From Gemmatales bacterium (GTDB taxonomy: Bacteria; Planctomycetota; Planctomycetia; Gemmatales; HRBIN36): a DNA stretch of 64,000 nucleotides. Below, one piece after another: positions 53,291 to 64,000 of this stretch (position 1 is its first letter; each line of letters opens with the position of its first letter). The notes beneath the pieces were generated by a model that did not search any database, was not told where the DNA came from, and worked only from the letters and a program-made list of their open reading frames with translations. The position numbers were made by a program, and so were the translations under genes. The stretch is from the NCBI GenBank assembly GCA_046350055.1, contig JAXMBC010000001.1:248244-312243 (forward strand), read 5' to 3'.

Positions 53291-56077
53291 TTACTTTTCA
53301 GGTGGCTTGATACTGCCCTTGTCTGCCAATTCTTTTTGCAATTTTTTCAGCGTTCTAGCGACATCCTCATGATCCGGCGTACCTGGAGGCAAGACCTCAA
53401 GTGCTCGACGTAGCACTCGTTCTAATTCATCCCGTTGTCCGTTCTGCATGCAGACGATATAAGCAAGGCACACGACCCGATAGTACCTCTCGCTGTCAAG
53501 CGTTTGGGGAGACTCCGTGATATACGTCAGCAACTCTTTGACCATGTTGAGACATCGGTCGTGCTTTTTCGTTTCGTTGCAGGCATAAGCCAGATTTTCC
53601 ATCACTTCCCAGGTTTTAGGGCTGTAGGTGCCGTACACTTTCTTGAATGTCTCCAGAATTTCATCGTAGCGCAGAATCGCCTGAGCCCAATCACCTTTCT
53701 TGAATGCAATACTAGCCAGGCTCTGTTTCGTTTCCAGAACGGTAGAATTGTCTGAAGACGTAATGCGTAACGCTGATGCCAACACCTCCTGCAGGATAGC
53801 TTCCGCTTCGTTGAGCTTGCTGGGCTTCCCAGAGTACCAGTAGCATACTGCCTGGTTGAACTTCATAGTCAACAAGTCGGGATCGTCCTTGTCATAGACT
53901 TTGCTCGCTGCGTTTATCAACTCGTCATAGAGCTGAATGGATTCGGGGTACTGTTTCCTGGTCCGGAGGTAATGCGCCAGATTATTCATCGTCTTGAAGG
54001 TCTGGGGATGATTCGGTGGCAGGTTCTGGCGACAGAATGCCAGCGCATCACGATTCATCTTCTCCGCCAGAGCATCACGCTTCTGATTCCAATAAATCTC
54101 AGCCAGGATTAACATGGTCCGGGGAACATCGGGATTATCAGCTGGTAATACCTGTGTTTGCTCTTTCAGCAGCATCGTCAGCCTTTCCTCTGCTTCGTGC
54201 CACTTTCCCATGGAACGCTCCACTGAACCAAGATCGTAGCGAGTGCGAAGCGTGGCTGGAGCCTTGGGTCCTTCGACCACAGTGCGAGTTCGGACACAGT
54301 CCAGGAGGAGTTTCTCGGCTTCCTTCAGTTTGTCCATGTTTATCGGCATAATGCCCTGGTGATGCAGGATCCTGGCTATAGCTTCGTTGATCTTGATCAC
54401 CATCGGGTCATTGTCGGGAATGAGCTTCCTGGCCATCTCAAGTTGAGCTAGAGCTTCCACATTCTCGCCTAACGAACTGTAGCCAATTCCAATTGTCTTC
54501 CTGATCGCAGCCTGAACTCGATCGGGCATATCCTTGGATCGTTTCCCAATCAGCTTCGTGGCATTGTCTAACTGGGTTTTGACAGTGATATTGTGATTGG
54601 CAAAGAACCCAATCTGCCCGCGTATGTCTGGATCAAATTGACCATACAAATCATGTTCGATGTATTCGAGCAGTGCCCGGTGCAGCTCAGCTTCCTTGTG
54701 TGCATTCTCTTCCGCCTGCTTGGCCATCCACATGCCAATGGACGTGGCAATGACACTGCCAATCAGCATGGTGAGCAGCAGCCCTGACACCAGCACCTGG
54801 CCGCGGTAGCGATTTACGAACTTCCTGACACGATAGAGGGTGGAAGGCGGAGCCGCCTCGACAGGACGATTGGCCAGGTAGCGTTCCAGGTCGTTAGCCA
54901 GCAGGATTGGCGAATCGTAACGCCGGTTACGCTCCTTTTCCAGGCACTTCATGATGATCCAGTCGAGTTCACCAGCAAGCAGATGCTGCAGCCTGGCTGG
55001 ATCGGATCGGCGGTGTGCTGCGATGCTTGGCAATTCCTTCAGCGTAGAAAGCCTCGTGCTGGGCTTTGGCGGTTCCTTTTCCTTGATCACCATGAGCATC
55101 TGCATCAAACCTGCTTCGGCGAAGTCTTTCCGCGTGAAAGGTACCGTCCCCGTCAGCAGTTCATACAGGATGACACCCAGAGCATAGACATCCGTGCGGG
55201 TGTCGATGTCCACATTAGTCAAGTCCGCCTGCTCCGGGCTCATGTACTCCAGTGTACCCAGTGGACTTCCGATCTCGGTATCGACAGTCAGCCGGGAGAG
55301 GCGTTGTCCTGTAGCCTTGGCTACACCGAAGTCGATGATCTTGGGAACCGGCTTACCATCATAGATTCCAACGAGAATGTTTGAAGGCTTGATATCACGG
55401 TGGATGATACCCTTCTGATGAGCATGCTGAACGCCCTGGCAGACAGAGGCGAACAAGGCCAGCCGTTCACGCGGTGTCAGCTTTTCCTTGTCGCAGTACT
55501 TCGTGATGGGTAATCCGTGTACCAGTTCCATCACGAAGAAGGGTCTGCCATTCTCGGTGGTACCACCGTCGAATATCTTGGCGATGTTGGGATGGTCCAT
55601 GATGGCCAGGGCTTGCCGTTCCTGGTCGAACCGTGCGACGTATGCTTGGTGTTCCAGCCCTGTCTTGACGAACTTGAGCGCCACCCGGCGCTGGACGGGC
55701 TCGGTCTGCCTGGCAATCCAGACTTCGCCCATGCCACCTTCACCCATTTTTTTCTCGAGCAGGTAGCGGCCTGCTATCACGATGCCTGGCGTGGGATCCA
55801 GGGCAGCAAAGGTCTGCGTGGGAATATCTCCGGGATTCTCAACATCCATGGAGAACGACATGCGGTCAGGCTTTTTCGATCCTTCATGATCCGTATTGGC
55901 CAGAGACTCCATGGCAGGCTTTTCAAGAAAGCTGCCTCGTGCTTCGTGCGCGTAGACCAACTCTTCCATCAGTAAACGGAGAGGCAGATCGGTGCCGCAC
56001 GCTTCGTCGAGAAATGTCTCTCGTTCTTCCGAAGTGGGCTTCTGGATAGCCTCGTACAAGATGCTTTCGGGTTTCAT
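53291..56077 (-). CDS. Ser/Thr protein kinase with a transmembrane segment and C-terminal TPR repeats
   Basis: Kinase subdomains GEGGMGEVW, VALKFV, HRDIKPSNIL, DFGVAK and YMSPEQ. One TM (VLVSGLLLTMLIGSVIATSIG) and a long TPR-like C-terminal half. Confidence 0.92.
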   Translation of the reverse strand: MKPESILYEAIQKPTSEERETFLDEACGTDLPLRLLMEELVYAHEARGSFLEKPAMESLANTDHEGSKKPDRMSFSMDVENPGDIPTQTFAALDPTPGIVIAGRYLLEKKMGEGGMGEVWIARQTEPVQRRVALKFVKTGLEHQAYVARFDQERQALAIMDHPNIAKIFDGGTTENGRPFFVMELVHGLPITKYCDKEKLTPRERLALFASVCQGVQHAHQKGIIHRDIKPSNILVGIYDGKPVPKIIDFGVAKATGQRLSRLTVDTEIGSPLGTLEYMSPEQADLTNVDIDTRTDVYALGVILYELLTGTVPFTRKDFAEAGLMQMLMVIKEKEPPKPSTRLSTLKELPSIAAHRRSDPARLQHLLAGELDWIIMKCLEKERNRRYDSPILLANDLERYLANRPVEAAPPSTLYRVRKFVNRYRGQVLVSGLLLTMLIGSVIATSIGMWMAKQAEENAHKEAELHRALLEYIEHDLYGQFDPDIRGQIGFFANHNITVKTQLDNATKLIGKRSKDMPDRVQAAIRKTIGIGYSSLGENVEALAQLEMARKLIPDNDPMVIKINEAIARILHHQGIMPINMDKLKEAEKLLLDCVRTRTVVEGPKAPATLRTRYDLGSVERSMGKWHEAEERLTMLLKEQTQVLPADNPDVPRTMLILAEIYWNQKRDALAEKMNRDALAFCRQNLPPNHPQTFKTMNNLAHYLRTRKQYPESIQLYDELINAASKVYDKDDPDLLTMKFNQAVCYWYSGKPSKLNEAEAILQEVLASALRITSSDNSTVLETKQSLASIAFKKGDWAQAILRYDEILETFKKVYGTYSPKTWEVMENLAYACNETKKHDRCLNMVKELLTYITESPQTLDSERYYRVVCLAYIVCMQNGQRDELERVLRRALEVLPPGTPDHEDVARTLKKLQKELADKGSIKPPEK

Positions 56078-56276
56078 GACAGTTCCCCCTGAACAAAGGG
56101 CTACCCTATCATGCGAAAAAATCTCGCGAGATTCCCCCGGAATCTACCAGGAATCCACAGCTTTTGTTTATCAGGCGAGGCGCTAGTCAGCCTCCGGCAG
56201 AATACCGGCAGGCGATTCTTGCTACGCAGTGAATTGCTGGAGGCTCCAGTGCAGGAAATTGCCGGCCGATGCACCC

Positions 56277-57584
56277 TTATGTCAATCGGTCCAGCACACC
56301 GCCTGCGCAGAAGTCGGGGTTGCCGAAGGTCTTCACCCGGTGACCAAAGCCATGGGCAAGAGACATCAACAGGCGGTTGTGGTGGGCTTTCTTGTACTGC
56401 AGACTGCGGCCCATCTTGAAGTCAAGGCCGTTACCCACCAGCACGAAGGGAATGTTGTCGAGCGTGTGAGAATTGCCCTGGCCTAGTTCATTGGTCCAGA
56501 CGATCAGGGTGTTGTCAAGCAGGCTGCCGGGGCCGCCCGGTTCCGGTGTCTCCTGCAATCGTTTCGCCAGATATGCCAGTTGCTCGCAGAACCAGTGATT
56601 GATCTTCGTCAGCTTCTCCTGGGCCTTCTCATTGTTGTCGGGCTCGTGCGAAAGGTCATGGTGCCCTTCAGTGATGCCAAGCCAGCGCATCTTGGCCTGG
56701 CCTACTGAGTTGGTGTACTGCAGTGTAGCCACGCGGTTAAAGTCAGCAGCAAAGCTGTTCACGATCAAATCGATCTGCATCTTGCTGATCCTGGGGATGT
56801 TGTCGTTATCGCGGCGGGTGCCCGGTTCCAGTTCCGGCACCGCATGACCAACATCCTGCTTCTTGCTGGCTTTCAATTCCTGTTCCATCTCTCGAACGAA
56901 TGTTGCATGTTCATCCAGCAGCCGACGGTCTTCTGCACTCACTGCTCCACTTACCTTTTTGAGATCGGACTGAACATCATCGAGAATACTTTTGAGCAGT
57001 TCCTGATCTTTGACTTTGCCATAGAGCTTGCTGAACATCTGGTAGGGATCATCGATAGGTGCAATAGGCTTGTTCGGGCCGGCATAGACCATGCGAGTCC
57101 AGGTGTCAGCCCGCTCGGGCACCATCACGCCGAACTCGAGCGAACCGAAGCGGGTGCGCGTAGCTTCATTGGCCTGCAGGTATTCCTTGATCGCCTGGTC
57201 GACCGATTTACCGGAAGACCAGCCAGCGGGGGTGTCGGAGCCACCCTGGATGTTGCCGGGAAAAAGTTCGATGCCGGTGAGCAGGCAGCCGATGCCACGC
57301 ATGTGGTTATCGCCATCACCCTTCACGCGGTCGCACACTCCTTTGAGGATGAGCGTCATCTTCATGAAGGGTTCGAGCGGCTGGAGGCACGCCTTCAGCT
57401 CGGTAAGGTCGCCTTCCTTTTCGGGCCAGAAATTTTTAGGAACGATGCCATTGGGGCTGAACATGACGATCATCCGCTGCTTGCGGGCCGCCTGGTTGGC
57501 GAAACCCAGGCTCGGCAAGTTGAGAATGTAAGGAAGCGAGGCGGCACTCAAGCCCATTGTGCGGATGAACTCACGACGATGCAT
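56277..57584 (-). CDS. DUF1552-type protein with a Tat-like signal
   Basis: [22 protein letters not shown]-terminus and the HHDLSHE motif. Sits immediately downstream of a DUF1592/DUF1588/DUF1585-type gene, the usual planctomycete pairing. Confidence 0.75.
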   Translation of the reverse strand: MHRREFIRTMGLSAASLPYILNLPSLGFANQAARKQRMIVMFSPNGIVPKNFWPEKEGDLTELKACLQPLEPFMKMTLILKGVCDRVKGDGDNHMRGIGCLLTGIELFPGNIQGGSDTPAGWSSGKSVDQAIKEYLQANEATRTRFGSLEFGVMVPERADTWTRMVYAGPNKPIAPIDDPYQMFSKLYGKVKDQELLKSILDDVQSDLKKVSGAVSAEDRRLLDEHATFVREMEQELKASKKQDVGHAVPELEPGTRRDNDNIPRISKMQIDLIVNSFAADFNRVATLQYTNSVGQAKMRWLGITEGHHDLSHEPDNNEKAQEKLTKINHWFCEQLAYLAKRLQETPEPGGPGSLLDNTLIVWTNELGQGNSHTLDNIPFVLVGNGLDFKMGRSLQYKKAHHNRLLMSLAHGFGHRVKTFGNPDFCAGGVLDRLT

Positions 57585-57631
57585 TATCTTCTCCTCTCCG
57601 GAGGCATAGCCATCCGGTTCGTGAATGTACT

Positions 57632-60016
57632 CTACTTCTTCGCTTGCATAGAGCTATCTCTGCCACGCAGTGCTGCGTCGGCGGAGATTTGCACCACCAG
57701 GTGGCGGATGTTGAAGCCGTTGTCAGTAAAGTGTTTCGTCATTTCCTGTCGTTTCGATAAGCCATAGGCCCGAATCGGCTGCTTGATCAGATGCTGGAAC
57801 ATCTGTTCGGTAAAGGCTTCATGTACTTCGGGACTGTCAGCCAGGAACTGGGCCAGATCACATACACCATTGAAGTTAACCACTTCGCCTGAGCGTGTCT
57901 GGTAGTAACCGCTGGCGTCGATGGGCTTCTCCTTCTCTTTGGCGCGGAAGCGACCCACCGCATCATATTGCTCCATGGTGAAGCCGAGCGGGTTGATGAT
58001 CTGGTGACAGCTCATGCAGGCCTGAGGCTTGGTCTGCAGGGAGACCCGTTCTCGGGTGGACATGGCTGGGTGCAGTTCCGGAGCGATGGGAGTGACAGCT
58101 TCTGCAGGTGGTCGCAGGAGCAATCCAAGAATACCCCGCGCCAGAAATACTCCGCGGTGAATGGGAGAGGTCTCTCCGACATAGGCGAAGCTGGACATCA
58201 AATACGGATGCGTCAGCACCCCTGCCCGCTTTTCGGTGTTGAGCTTTACTTTCGTGAAACTTTTGTCCTGATGATCGTAGCCGTAGAACCTGGCGAGGCG
58301 GTCGTTGTAGTAGACTTCCTCGCTGAGGAGCAGGTCCTTGAAGTATGCCCGTTCACTCCAGACGACATCAGCCAGAAAGAGATCGAGAGATGTTCGCAGG
58401 TCATGGATCAATTGAGCATCGAAGCCGGGGAAGCGCTTAGGGTCTTTCGCCAGATCGGTGACGCGGTCCAGCTTGAGCCAGTTCCGGATGAACTCATTGA
58501 CCTTGGCCCTGGCATACGGACGGTTCAGCATCCGCCAGCCTTGCTGTTTCACCTGTTCGAGAGTCTTGAGTTTGCCCTCTTTTGCTGCTTTCAACAGTTC
58601 CTGATCAGGAAGTGTATCCCACAAGGCAAAGGACAGGCGGCTGGCGACGGCGTAGTCGTCGTTCTGCTCACCCACTTCACGATACAGGAACTGGGGGGCC
58701 TTGAGGGCCTTGACCACCACCATCTTGACGGCTTCATCGGTGTTCTTCGCTTTGGTGAATGGCATCTCGATGTACCGTTGTTTCTGTTCGTCCGTCAGGG
58801 GCCGACGAAACGCTCGTTCCACGAGGCCGGCACAGTAGTCTTTTACCTTTTTGTCCCGTTCCTTGTCGCCAGCTTTGATATTGGCAAGGCGGTCGAGGTT
58901 ACTTACCACATAGGTGGCTGCATCGAGAGCGGCATCGGTCGCTGCAGCATCCCAGGCTTTGGACACCGTGCTGCCCCGCTCCCAGCCGTAACTGCGATCA
59001 TCGGGCGGGAACGAATTACTGACGACGTAGCTCTGCGGGAACCAGTCGGTAGCCAGGTGAGTACTGGGGATAGGGTGGGCAATGCCGGTTGGTGGCTTCC
59101 ACATCAGGGTGATGAACGCCGGTTGTGGCGGGGCAGCAGCCTTCTTTTCTTTCTTGTCGTCCACACCCTGCTTGGCCTTGCTGAACTCCAGCTTGATGGG
59201 GTACGCCTTGCCGGCCACAAGGTAGATCCCAGCCTTGTACTCGGTGTCGTTGCCTGATTTGACCATGGCATCGATCAGCGGCTTTTCGTGGTTGTTCACA
59301 TGCAGTTTGACAGCCTGGTTGCTTTTGATGATGAAGTCATACCAGCCGGTTTCTGCCGGGAGAACACTGCCTGACCAGTGAATGTAGAATTCATAGTCTT
59401 CGGTCTTGCCGGGTACGGGACTTTTGGTGCCGAAGTCGAAGTCGACGCCGGCATCGAGGCGGTTCAGCACTTTCTTGTCGTTCCGCCAGTGCTTGGCAGC
59501 GAAATAGTCGGCGTTGAGACCACGCTTGTCACCCCACCAGCCAGTGGGCTGTTTGTAGTCGACGACATCTGCCACAGCGAGACGGAGTTGCTTGACGGTG
59601 AGGCGGGAGAGATCGATGCGGGCGGGACGGTTGCGTTCACGGGCCACGCGAGAGTAGAAGGCATCGTGGATGTACTTCGCTACCGCGTCAGCTTCTTCGG
59701 GCTTGAGGGATTCGGGGGCGTCCTCGGGCATCGTCCTGGCGATCTGCTTCGACAGTTGATTGACCGACTTGTCACCTTCCAGGGGTGCGGCGTACTTGTT
59801 CTTGACTCCCTCACCCTGCGGGCCATGACAACGGATGCACTGCTTCTGATAAATCTGCTGGCCGAGTTTGTTCGGCTCGTCGGCGTGCGTGGAAATAGCA
59901 AGAGCGAGCAGAGAAGCAATCGCCAGTGTGCATCGCAATACTGAGATGTTGAGCCTCCACCGCTTACTTCGTGCGCGGCTCCTCGTATCTCCGGTCATGT
60001 TTCCCACACCAGGCAT
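57632..60016 (-). CDS. cytochrome-c-containing DUF1592/DUF1588/DUF1585-type protein with a PA14-like insert
   Basis: CIRCHGP haem c motif near the N-terminus. PA14-like segment GLNADYF...[20 protein letters not shown]...[12 protein letters not shown]-terminal [13 protein letters not shown] is DUF1585-like. Confidence 0.8.
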   Translation of the reverse strand: MPGVGNMTGDTRSRARSKRWRLNISVLRCTLAIASLLALAISTHADEPNKLGQQIYQKQCIRCHGPQGEGVKNKYAAPLEGDKSVNQLSKQIARTMPEDAPESLKPEEADAVAKYIHDAFYSRVARERNRPARIDLSRLTVKQLRLAVADVVDYKQPTGWWGDKRGLNADYFAAKHWRNDKKVLNRLDAGVDFDFGTKSPVPGKTEDYEFYIHWSGSVLPAETGWYDFIIKSNQAVKLHVNNHEKPLIDAMVKSGNDTEYKAGIYLVAGKAYPIKLEFSKAKQGVDDKKEKKAAAPPQPAFITLMWKPPTGIAHPIPSTHLATDWFPQSYVVSNSFPPDDRSYGWERGSTVSKAWDAAATDAALDAATYVVSNLDRLANIKAGDKERDKKVKDYCAGLVERAFRRPLTDEQKQRYIEMPFTKAKNTDEAVKMVVVKALKAPQFLYREVGEQNDDYAVASRLSFALWDTLPDQELLKAAKEGKLKTLEQVKQQGWRMLNRPYARAKVNEFIRNWLKLDRVTDLAKDPKRFPGFDAQLIHDLRTSLDLFLADVVWSERAYFKDLLLSEEVYYNDRLARFYGYDHQDKSFTKVKLNTEKRAGVLTHPYLMSSFAYVGETSPIHRGVFLARGILGLLLRPPAEAVTPIAPELHPAMSTRERVSLQTKPQACMSCHQIINPLGFTMEQYDAVGRFRAKEKEKPIDASGYYQTRSGEVVNFNGVCDLAQFLADSPEVHEAFTEQMFQHLIKQPIRAYGLSKRQEMTKHFTDNGFNIRHLVVQISADAALRGRDSSMQAKK

Positions 60017-60179
60017 CTATCACCCCCAAGGCGGGACTTTTTTTTAGTATTCGTCACTAATCAGAAGTGAGAGGCGAGCTCTACCCTATTAATCTGAAAT
60101 GTAACCCTTGTCGTGTCAAGGGATTACCCTTCCCCTATAGAATAGCCTCATCTTTTTATCACCAGAAAACAGGCACACC

Positions 60180-60881
60180 ATGGCCAGTTATACTTACCGT
60201 GACATTGCCAAGATGCTCGATCATTCGCTTCTCCAGCCGGTGCTGACCGATGCAGACCTGGAGAAGGGTTGCAAGCTGGCTAAGGCATACGATGTCGCGA
60301 CCGTCTGCATCAAGCCCTATGCCGTGACAGCTGCGAAGGATTGGCTGGCGGGTAGCGACGTCGGTGTCTGCACCGTCATCGGCTTCCCCCATGGCAGTCA
60401 CCTGACCAAGATCAAAGTCCTCGAGGCCCAGGCAGCCATGGCTGATGGGGCCACGGAACTGGATATGGTGGTCAACATCGGCAAAGTGAAGACCGGCGAC
60501 TGGGACTATGTGAAAAAGGACATTGCTGAAGTCGTGGAGGCCGCCCACCGAGGCAACGCCAGGGTCAAGGTGATCTTCGAGAACAGCATGCTCGACACGG
60601 CGCAGAAGATCAAGCTCTGTGAAATCTGCAGCGAGGTGAAGGCCGACTGGGTGAAGACTTCCACTGGCTACGGCGATGGCGGCGCAACGGATGATGATCT
60701 TAAGTTGATGCGGCAACACAGTGCCCCGCATGTGCAGGTGAAAGCTGCAGGTGGCGTCCGCACTTTCGACCGCATCCTCATCGTTCGCGAGCTGGGAGTG
60801 AGCCGTGTTGGGGCGACCGCTACTCCCGCCATCCTTGACGAGTGCCGGAAGGCACTGGGAATGCCAGCCGTGCAGTTGTAG
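60180..60881 (+). CDS. deoC: deoxyribose-phosphate aldolase
   Basis: DHSLLQP, VCIKP, TVIGFPHG, ELDMVVNIG, and the Schiff-base Lys context VKTSTGY and VKAAGGVR. Confidence 0.9.
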   Translation: MASYTYRDIAKMLDHSLLQPVLTDADLEKGCKLAKAYDVATVCIKPYAVTAAKDWLAGSDVGVCTVIGFPHGSHLTKIKVLEAQAAMADGATELDMVVNIGKVKTGDWDYVKKDIAEVVEAAHRGNARVKVIFENSMLDTAQKIKLCEICSEVKADWVKTSTGYGDGGATDDDLKLMRQHSAPHVQVKAAGGVRTFDRILIVRELGVSRVGATATPAILDECRKALGMPAVQL

Positions 60882-60945
60882 GAATGCGTGGCAATGCTGT
60901 AATGCGAACCCATCACTTCCACCATCCAATACAGGCGAACTGACC

Positions 60946-61185
60946 ATGCACCCCAGTATCCTTCTCTACCTCGGTCTTTCCCTTGCCTGGCTGGTGATGG
61001 CAATCCTCATCTATCTGGGCTTTCACGAACGCTTTCTCGGCAAAGCAGAGCCTTGGAAGCAATACCTTGCTATGGGCCTCTGTCTGCTGATGATTCTCTG
61101 GAACTTCGTCCGTATCCATCGATTACGACTCCGTCAGAAACAACAGTCTTCTGCTCAACCCACGGAAAACAGTGACACCCTATGA
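60946..61185 (+). CDS. small membrane protein (79 aa)
   Basis: Two hydrophobic helices from ATG 60946. Its stop overlaps the tsaB start (ATGA at 61182..61185). Confidence 0.5.
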   Translation: MHPSILLYLGLSLAWLVMAILIYLGFHERFLGKAEPWKQYLAMGLCLLMILWNFVRIHRLRLRQKQQSSAQPTENSDTL

Positions 61186-61859
61186 GGCTGCTCCTCCTGG
61201 AAACCAGTGGAACCGTCGGGCGACTGGGCCTGGCTAATGATGCAGAAGTGCTCGCTGATGCGATGCTGGACCGTGGCCAACGGCATGCCCGTGATTTGAT
61301 GCCACGCTGTCAGGAACTGTTTGTCCACCAGGGCTGGCAGCCCCGTGATGTCGATGCCATTGCTGTCAGCATGGGGCCCGGAAGCTATACGGGGCTGCGC
61401 GTGGGAGTGATGACCGCCAAGACTCTGGCGTATGCACTCAGCAAGCCATTGCTGGCGATTCCGACTTTCAGCATTCTTGCTCAGCAATGTTACGCCGTTG
61501 ATCCAGATCTGAGCACGTTACAAGTGATTGGCGACGGGCAACAGGATCGCGTTTACGTACAGCGGTATACTTCACATACAGAAGCATCGAACCTGGTGAT
61601 TGAGTCAGGAGATGCGTGGCGGGCATCACTCGTCGCTGGGGAAACAGTAACTGGTCCGGGGCTGGTGGTACAACAGGCACAGTTGCCGAGCCACGTACGA
61701 GTATTACCCGAGGCAGTCTGGCATCCGCAATTACCAGCGATGTTGGCTTTGGCTGCCCGGAGTTTCAAGCTGCAACAGTTCGCCGACCCTTTCAGTCTGG
61801 AACCACTCTATCTGCGCGTCAGTGCTGCCGAGGAGCAATGGACGGCGATGGGGAAGTAG
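61182..61859 (+). CDS. tsaB: tRNA threonylcarbamoyladenosine biosynthesis protein TsaB (YeaZ)
   Basis: MRLLLLETSG N-terminus and VSMGPGSYTGLRVGVMTAKTLAYAL are the canonical TsaB motif. Confidence 0.85.
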   Translation: MRLLLLETSGTVGRLGLANDAEVLADAMLDRGQRHARDLMPRCQELFVHQGWQPRDVDAIAVSMGPGSYTGLRVGVMTAKTLAYALSKPLLAIPTFSILAQQCYAVDPDLSTLQVIGDGQQDRVYVQRYTSHTEASNLVIESGDAWRASLVAGETVTGPGLVVQQAQLPSHVRVLPEAVWHPQLPAMLALAARSFKLQQFADPFSLEPLYLRVSAAEEQWTAMGK

Positions 61860-61860
61860 C

Positions 61861-62301
61861 TTACTTCACTTCCGGTTTCACACTGGCATGACTGTTAACG
61901 GTCAACACCAGGCACGGCGCATGGCGGAGTACCTTTTCTGCCACACTTCCCATCAGCAGGTGCTTCAAACCCGTACGACCATGCGTCCCGAGCACGATAA
62001 CATCCGTATTCATTTCCTGGGCTATCCGAAGAACTTCAGGAACCGTTTCTCCCAGTACACATTGCCGCTCTGCACGAACATTCTCAGCGGGAACTTCTAA
62101 CGCGTGGAGTAGAGCCTCGGCTTCCTTTCGAATAGCAGCAGTATCAATAGCCTGGTAACCCTCGATGGCAGGTATCGCAGCAACATGCAGCACCACCAGT
62201 CGAGCACCGTAATCACGTGCCAAGGCACAAGCAACCTGCAGGGCATTCCTGGAATTCTCCGAAAAATCTGTCGGGTGCAGGATCGTACGAATGCGTAGCA
62301 T
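61861..62301 (-). CDS. universal stress protein (UspA family)
   Basis: ILHPTDFSENS, LVVLHV and VLGTHGRTGLKHLLMGSVAEKVLRHAPCLVLTV. ATG 62301 is preferred. Confidence 0.85.
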   Translation of the reverse strand: MLRIRTILHPTDFSENSRNALQVACALARDYGARLVVLHVAAIPAIEGYQAIDTAAIRKEAEALLHALEVPAENVRAERQCVLGETVPEVLRIAQEMNTDVIVLGTHGRTGLKHLLMGSVAEKVLRHAPCLVLTVNSHASVKPEVK

Positions 62302-62484
62302 GGGCCTCTCCAGAAGTTGGTACATGACCATCAACTATTGTACGCTGTTTACCGCCCATTCTAACAAATGTTAATCCAGGTAAGCTTTTCCGTAGCTTCT
62401 TTCCATAACGATTGTACCGGCCACCCTGGGATTGCCGAAGAATGAATTGGGTCTGTCACTTCAGCACCTTCGTGGAAGGACTGT

Positions 62485-63309
62485 ATGGCGAGTATCGCCC
62501 CTGAGCGGCCTGGGTTTCTGACCAGCATCGGCGACGCAGCCTTCCGCTTTGCTGTTGCCTGGGGCGATGTTGCAGACTTTGGCCTCCGCTCATTTGGCTG
62601 GCTCTTCCGCCGCCGGATGACTTCATCAAACCTCGTCGGCATCTTTTACCAGATTGGCGTTCGCAGCGTACCGGTCGTCGGCATCACCGGTCTTTTCATC
62701 GGCATGGTGCTCGCGGTGCAAAGCTATGGGGAGTTTATCCGATTCCCCACCATGAAGGGTTGGATGGGAGCAGCCATCAACCGCAGCGTGATCTGTGAAC
62801 TAGGCCCGGTCCTGGCAGCGACGATGCTCGCCGGCCGGGTTGGCTCTGCTATTGCCGCAGAACTTGGAACCATGCGAGTGACCGAGCAGATCGATGCGCT
62901 CATCTGCTTGGGCCTCAATCCCATCCATCATCTGGTGGTTCCCCGCTTATTGGCCTGCGCACTCCTGATCCCCATGCTCACGGTACTGGCTGACTTCATG
63001 GGCGTCGTAGGCGGCGCGTTTATCAGCACGCAATATTTCGGCATCGAACCACATCAATACTGGTCGATGTCGCAGAAGAAGATCGCCATGTGGGACATCT
63101 TCGTCGGCCTGTTCAAGTCATGCGTCTTCGGGGCGTGTATTGCCATCATCAGTTGCCACAAGGGATTCCACAGCACGGGTGGCGCTGAAGGCGTAGGTAA
63201 AGCTGCCACCACAGCGTTCGTTCGCTCTTTTGTTGCTATCCTGATTCTCGACTTCTTCCTGGCGATGTTCTTCAATACGCTTCATCGCCAGCTTTGGCCT
63301 CGAGTCTAA
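62485..63309 (+). CDS. mlaE: MlaE-family ABC transporter permease
   Basis: ELGPVLAATMLAGRVGSAIAAELGTMRVTEQIDAL is the MlaE/YrbE signature region. 5-6 TM helices. Confidence 0.85.
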   Translation: MASIAPERPGFLTSIGDAAFRFAVAWGDVADFGLRSFGWLFRRRMTSSNLVGIFYQIGVRSVPVVGITGLFIGMVLAVQSYGEFIRFPTMKGWMGAAINRSVICELGPVLAATMLAGRVGSAIAAELGTMRVTEQIDALICLGLNPIHHLVVPRLLACALLIPMLTVLADFMGVVGGAFISTQYFGIEPHQYWSMSQKKIAMWDIFVGLFKSCVFGACIAIISCHKGFHSTGGAEGVGKAATTAFVRSFVAILILDFFLAMFFNTLHRQLWPRV

Positions 63310-63319
63310 GGAGGCCGCC

Positions 63320-64000
63320 ATGCAACCCAAGCCCCCTTCGGGACTCAACTTCAAACTGCCACCACCACCCGAGGTGGTCATCCGCTTTGATAACGTCAGC
63401 CTGGCGTTCGGCGAGCAACTGGTGCTTCACAATATTAATCTCACCTTCGACAAGGGCCGAACGCATGTGATTGTGGGAGAAAGTGGCTGCGGCAAAACGG
63501 TGATGCTCAAGCTCATCATCGGCCTGCTGAAACCCACCGCCGGTCGCGTTACTGTGAACGACAAACAGATAGCAGACCTTCCCGAGAAGGACCAGGTCGT
63601 TGAACGGCTCAAAATCGGCTATGTCTTTCAGGGAGCAGCATTATTTGACAGCATGACTGTCTTCGAGAATGTCTCGTTTCCCCTGCGAGAACACACGAAG
63701 CTGAAAGCCAGTGAGATTGAGCAAGCCGTCAAGAGCAGGCTGCAGGAGGTAGGCCTTCCGCGGGGTGTGGAACGCAAACGGCCTGCTGAACTCTCCGGTG
63801 GCATGAAGAAGCGGGTCGGCGTCGCCCGGGCTTTGATGCTCGACCCGGAAATCATGCTCTATGATGAGCCGACCACCGGCCTCGATCCGATCATGACCGA
63901 TGTCATTAACAATCTCATCGAACAAACCCATCAACGGCGCAGTGTCACCAGCATCGTGGTGACCCACGATATGAAGACTGTCCGCAAGGTGGCCGACCGC
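63320..64000 (+). CDS. mlaF: MlaF-like ABC transporter ATP-binding protein (3'-truncated by the window end)
   Basis: My own translation from ATG 63320; this ORF is absent from the track because it has no stop within the window. Walker A GESGCGKT, signature LSGGMKKRVGVARAL, Walker B MLYDEPTTGLD. AAGGAGG lies 5 nt upstream. Confidence 0.8.
   Translation, partial: MQPKPPSGLNFKLPPPPEVVIRFDNVSLAFGEQLVLHNINLTFDKGRTHVIVGESGCGKTVMLKLIIGLLKPTAGRVTVNDKQIADLPEKDQVVERLKIGYVFQGAALFDSMTVFENVSFPLREHTKLKASEIEQAVKSRLQEVGLPRGVERKRPAELSGGMKKRVGVARALMLDPEIMLYDEPTTGLDPIMTDVINNLIEQTHQRRSVTSIVVTHDMKTVRKVADR

Noticed and set aside
56844-59257. Plus-strand ORFs 56844..57767 and 57968..59257 opposite the DUF1552/DUF1592 genes
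   Set aside because: The minus-strand frames carry a Tat signal, CxxCH and family motifs. The plus-strand ORFs have none.
60159-60947. 262-aa minus-strand ORF opposite deoC
   Set aside because: The deoC frame has the catalytic Lys motifs; the antisense ORF is featureless.
1-64000. Mobile elements, prophage, defence islands, rRNA or tRNA genes
   Set aside because: I recognised no transposase, integrase, recombinase, reverse transcriptase, cas, restriction or toxin-antitoxin signature in any frame, and no rRNA or tRNA consensus segments. The inverted repeats found carry no coding capacity.

Overview
This is a GC-rich 64-kb chromosomal segment (mid-50s % GC by eye, not computed). I support about 55 tightly packed protein-coding genes, many joined by 4-8 nt start/stop overlaps. 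The gene content looks like a Planctomycetota genome, possibly Gemmataceae-like. That attribution is an inference from a DUF1552/DUF1592-type pair, an SHD1-domain protein, a TPR Ser/Thr kinase, a Bat-like operon and many secreted beta-propellers. Recognisable housekeeping genes are acpS, dapA, ppk1, rtcA, priA, kdsA, dapF, deoC, tsaB and mlaE/mlaF, plus an NAD(P)H-hydrate epimerase and four ABC transporter modules. I found no rRNA, tRNA, CRISPR array, transposase, integrase or reverse transcriptase. The strongest finding is on the minus strand at 47576..47582. A periplasmic binding-protein gene ends in a dnaX/IS3-type slippery heptamer, A_AAA_AAG, followed directly by TAA. The -1 frame there runs straight into a PQQ-like beta-propeller ORF that has no canonical start codon and no signal peptide. 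A potential RNA structure begins 6 nt downstream. This is either a programmed -1 frameshift fusion or a homopolymer indel in a single fused gene. Other points of interest are listed here. (1) A tandem, translationally coupled pair of double-membrane-anchored Trp-rich paralogs lies downstream of acpS, with a 92%-identical 51-nt patch. (2) A short dispersed intergenic motif (AGCCAGRAGTCAG) occurs at four loci. (3) Two larger inverted-repeat elements are present, one supplying the last codons and stop of a hemolysin-III-like gene. (4) Several secreted proteins have unusual Cys-Cys doublets. Functional calls rest on motif recognition by eye; no database search was run.
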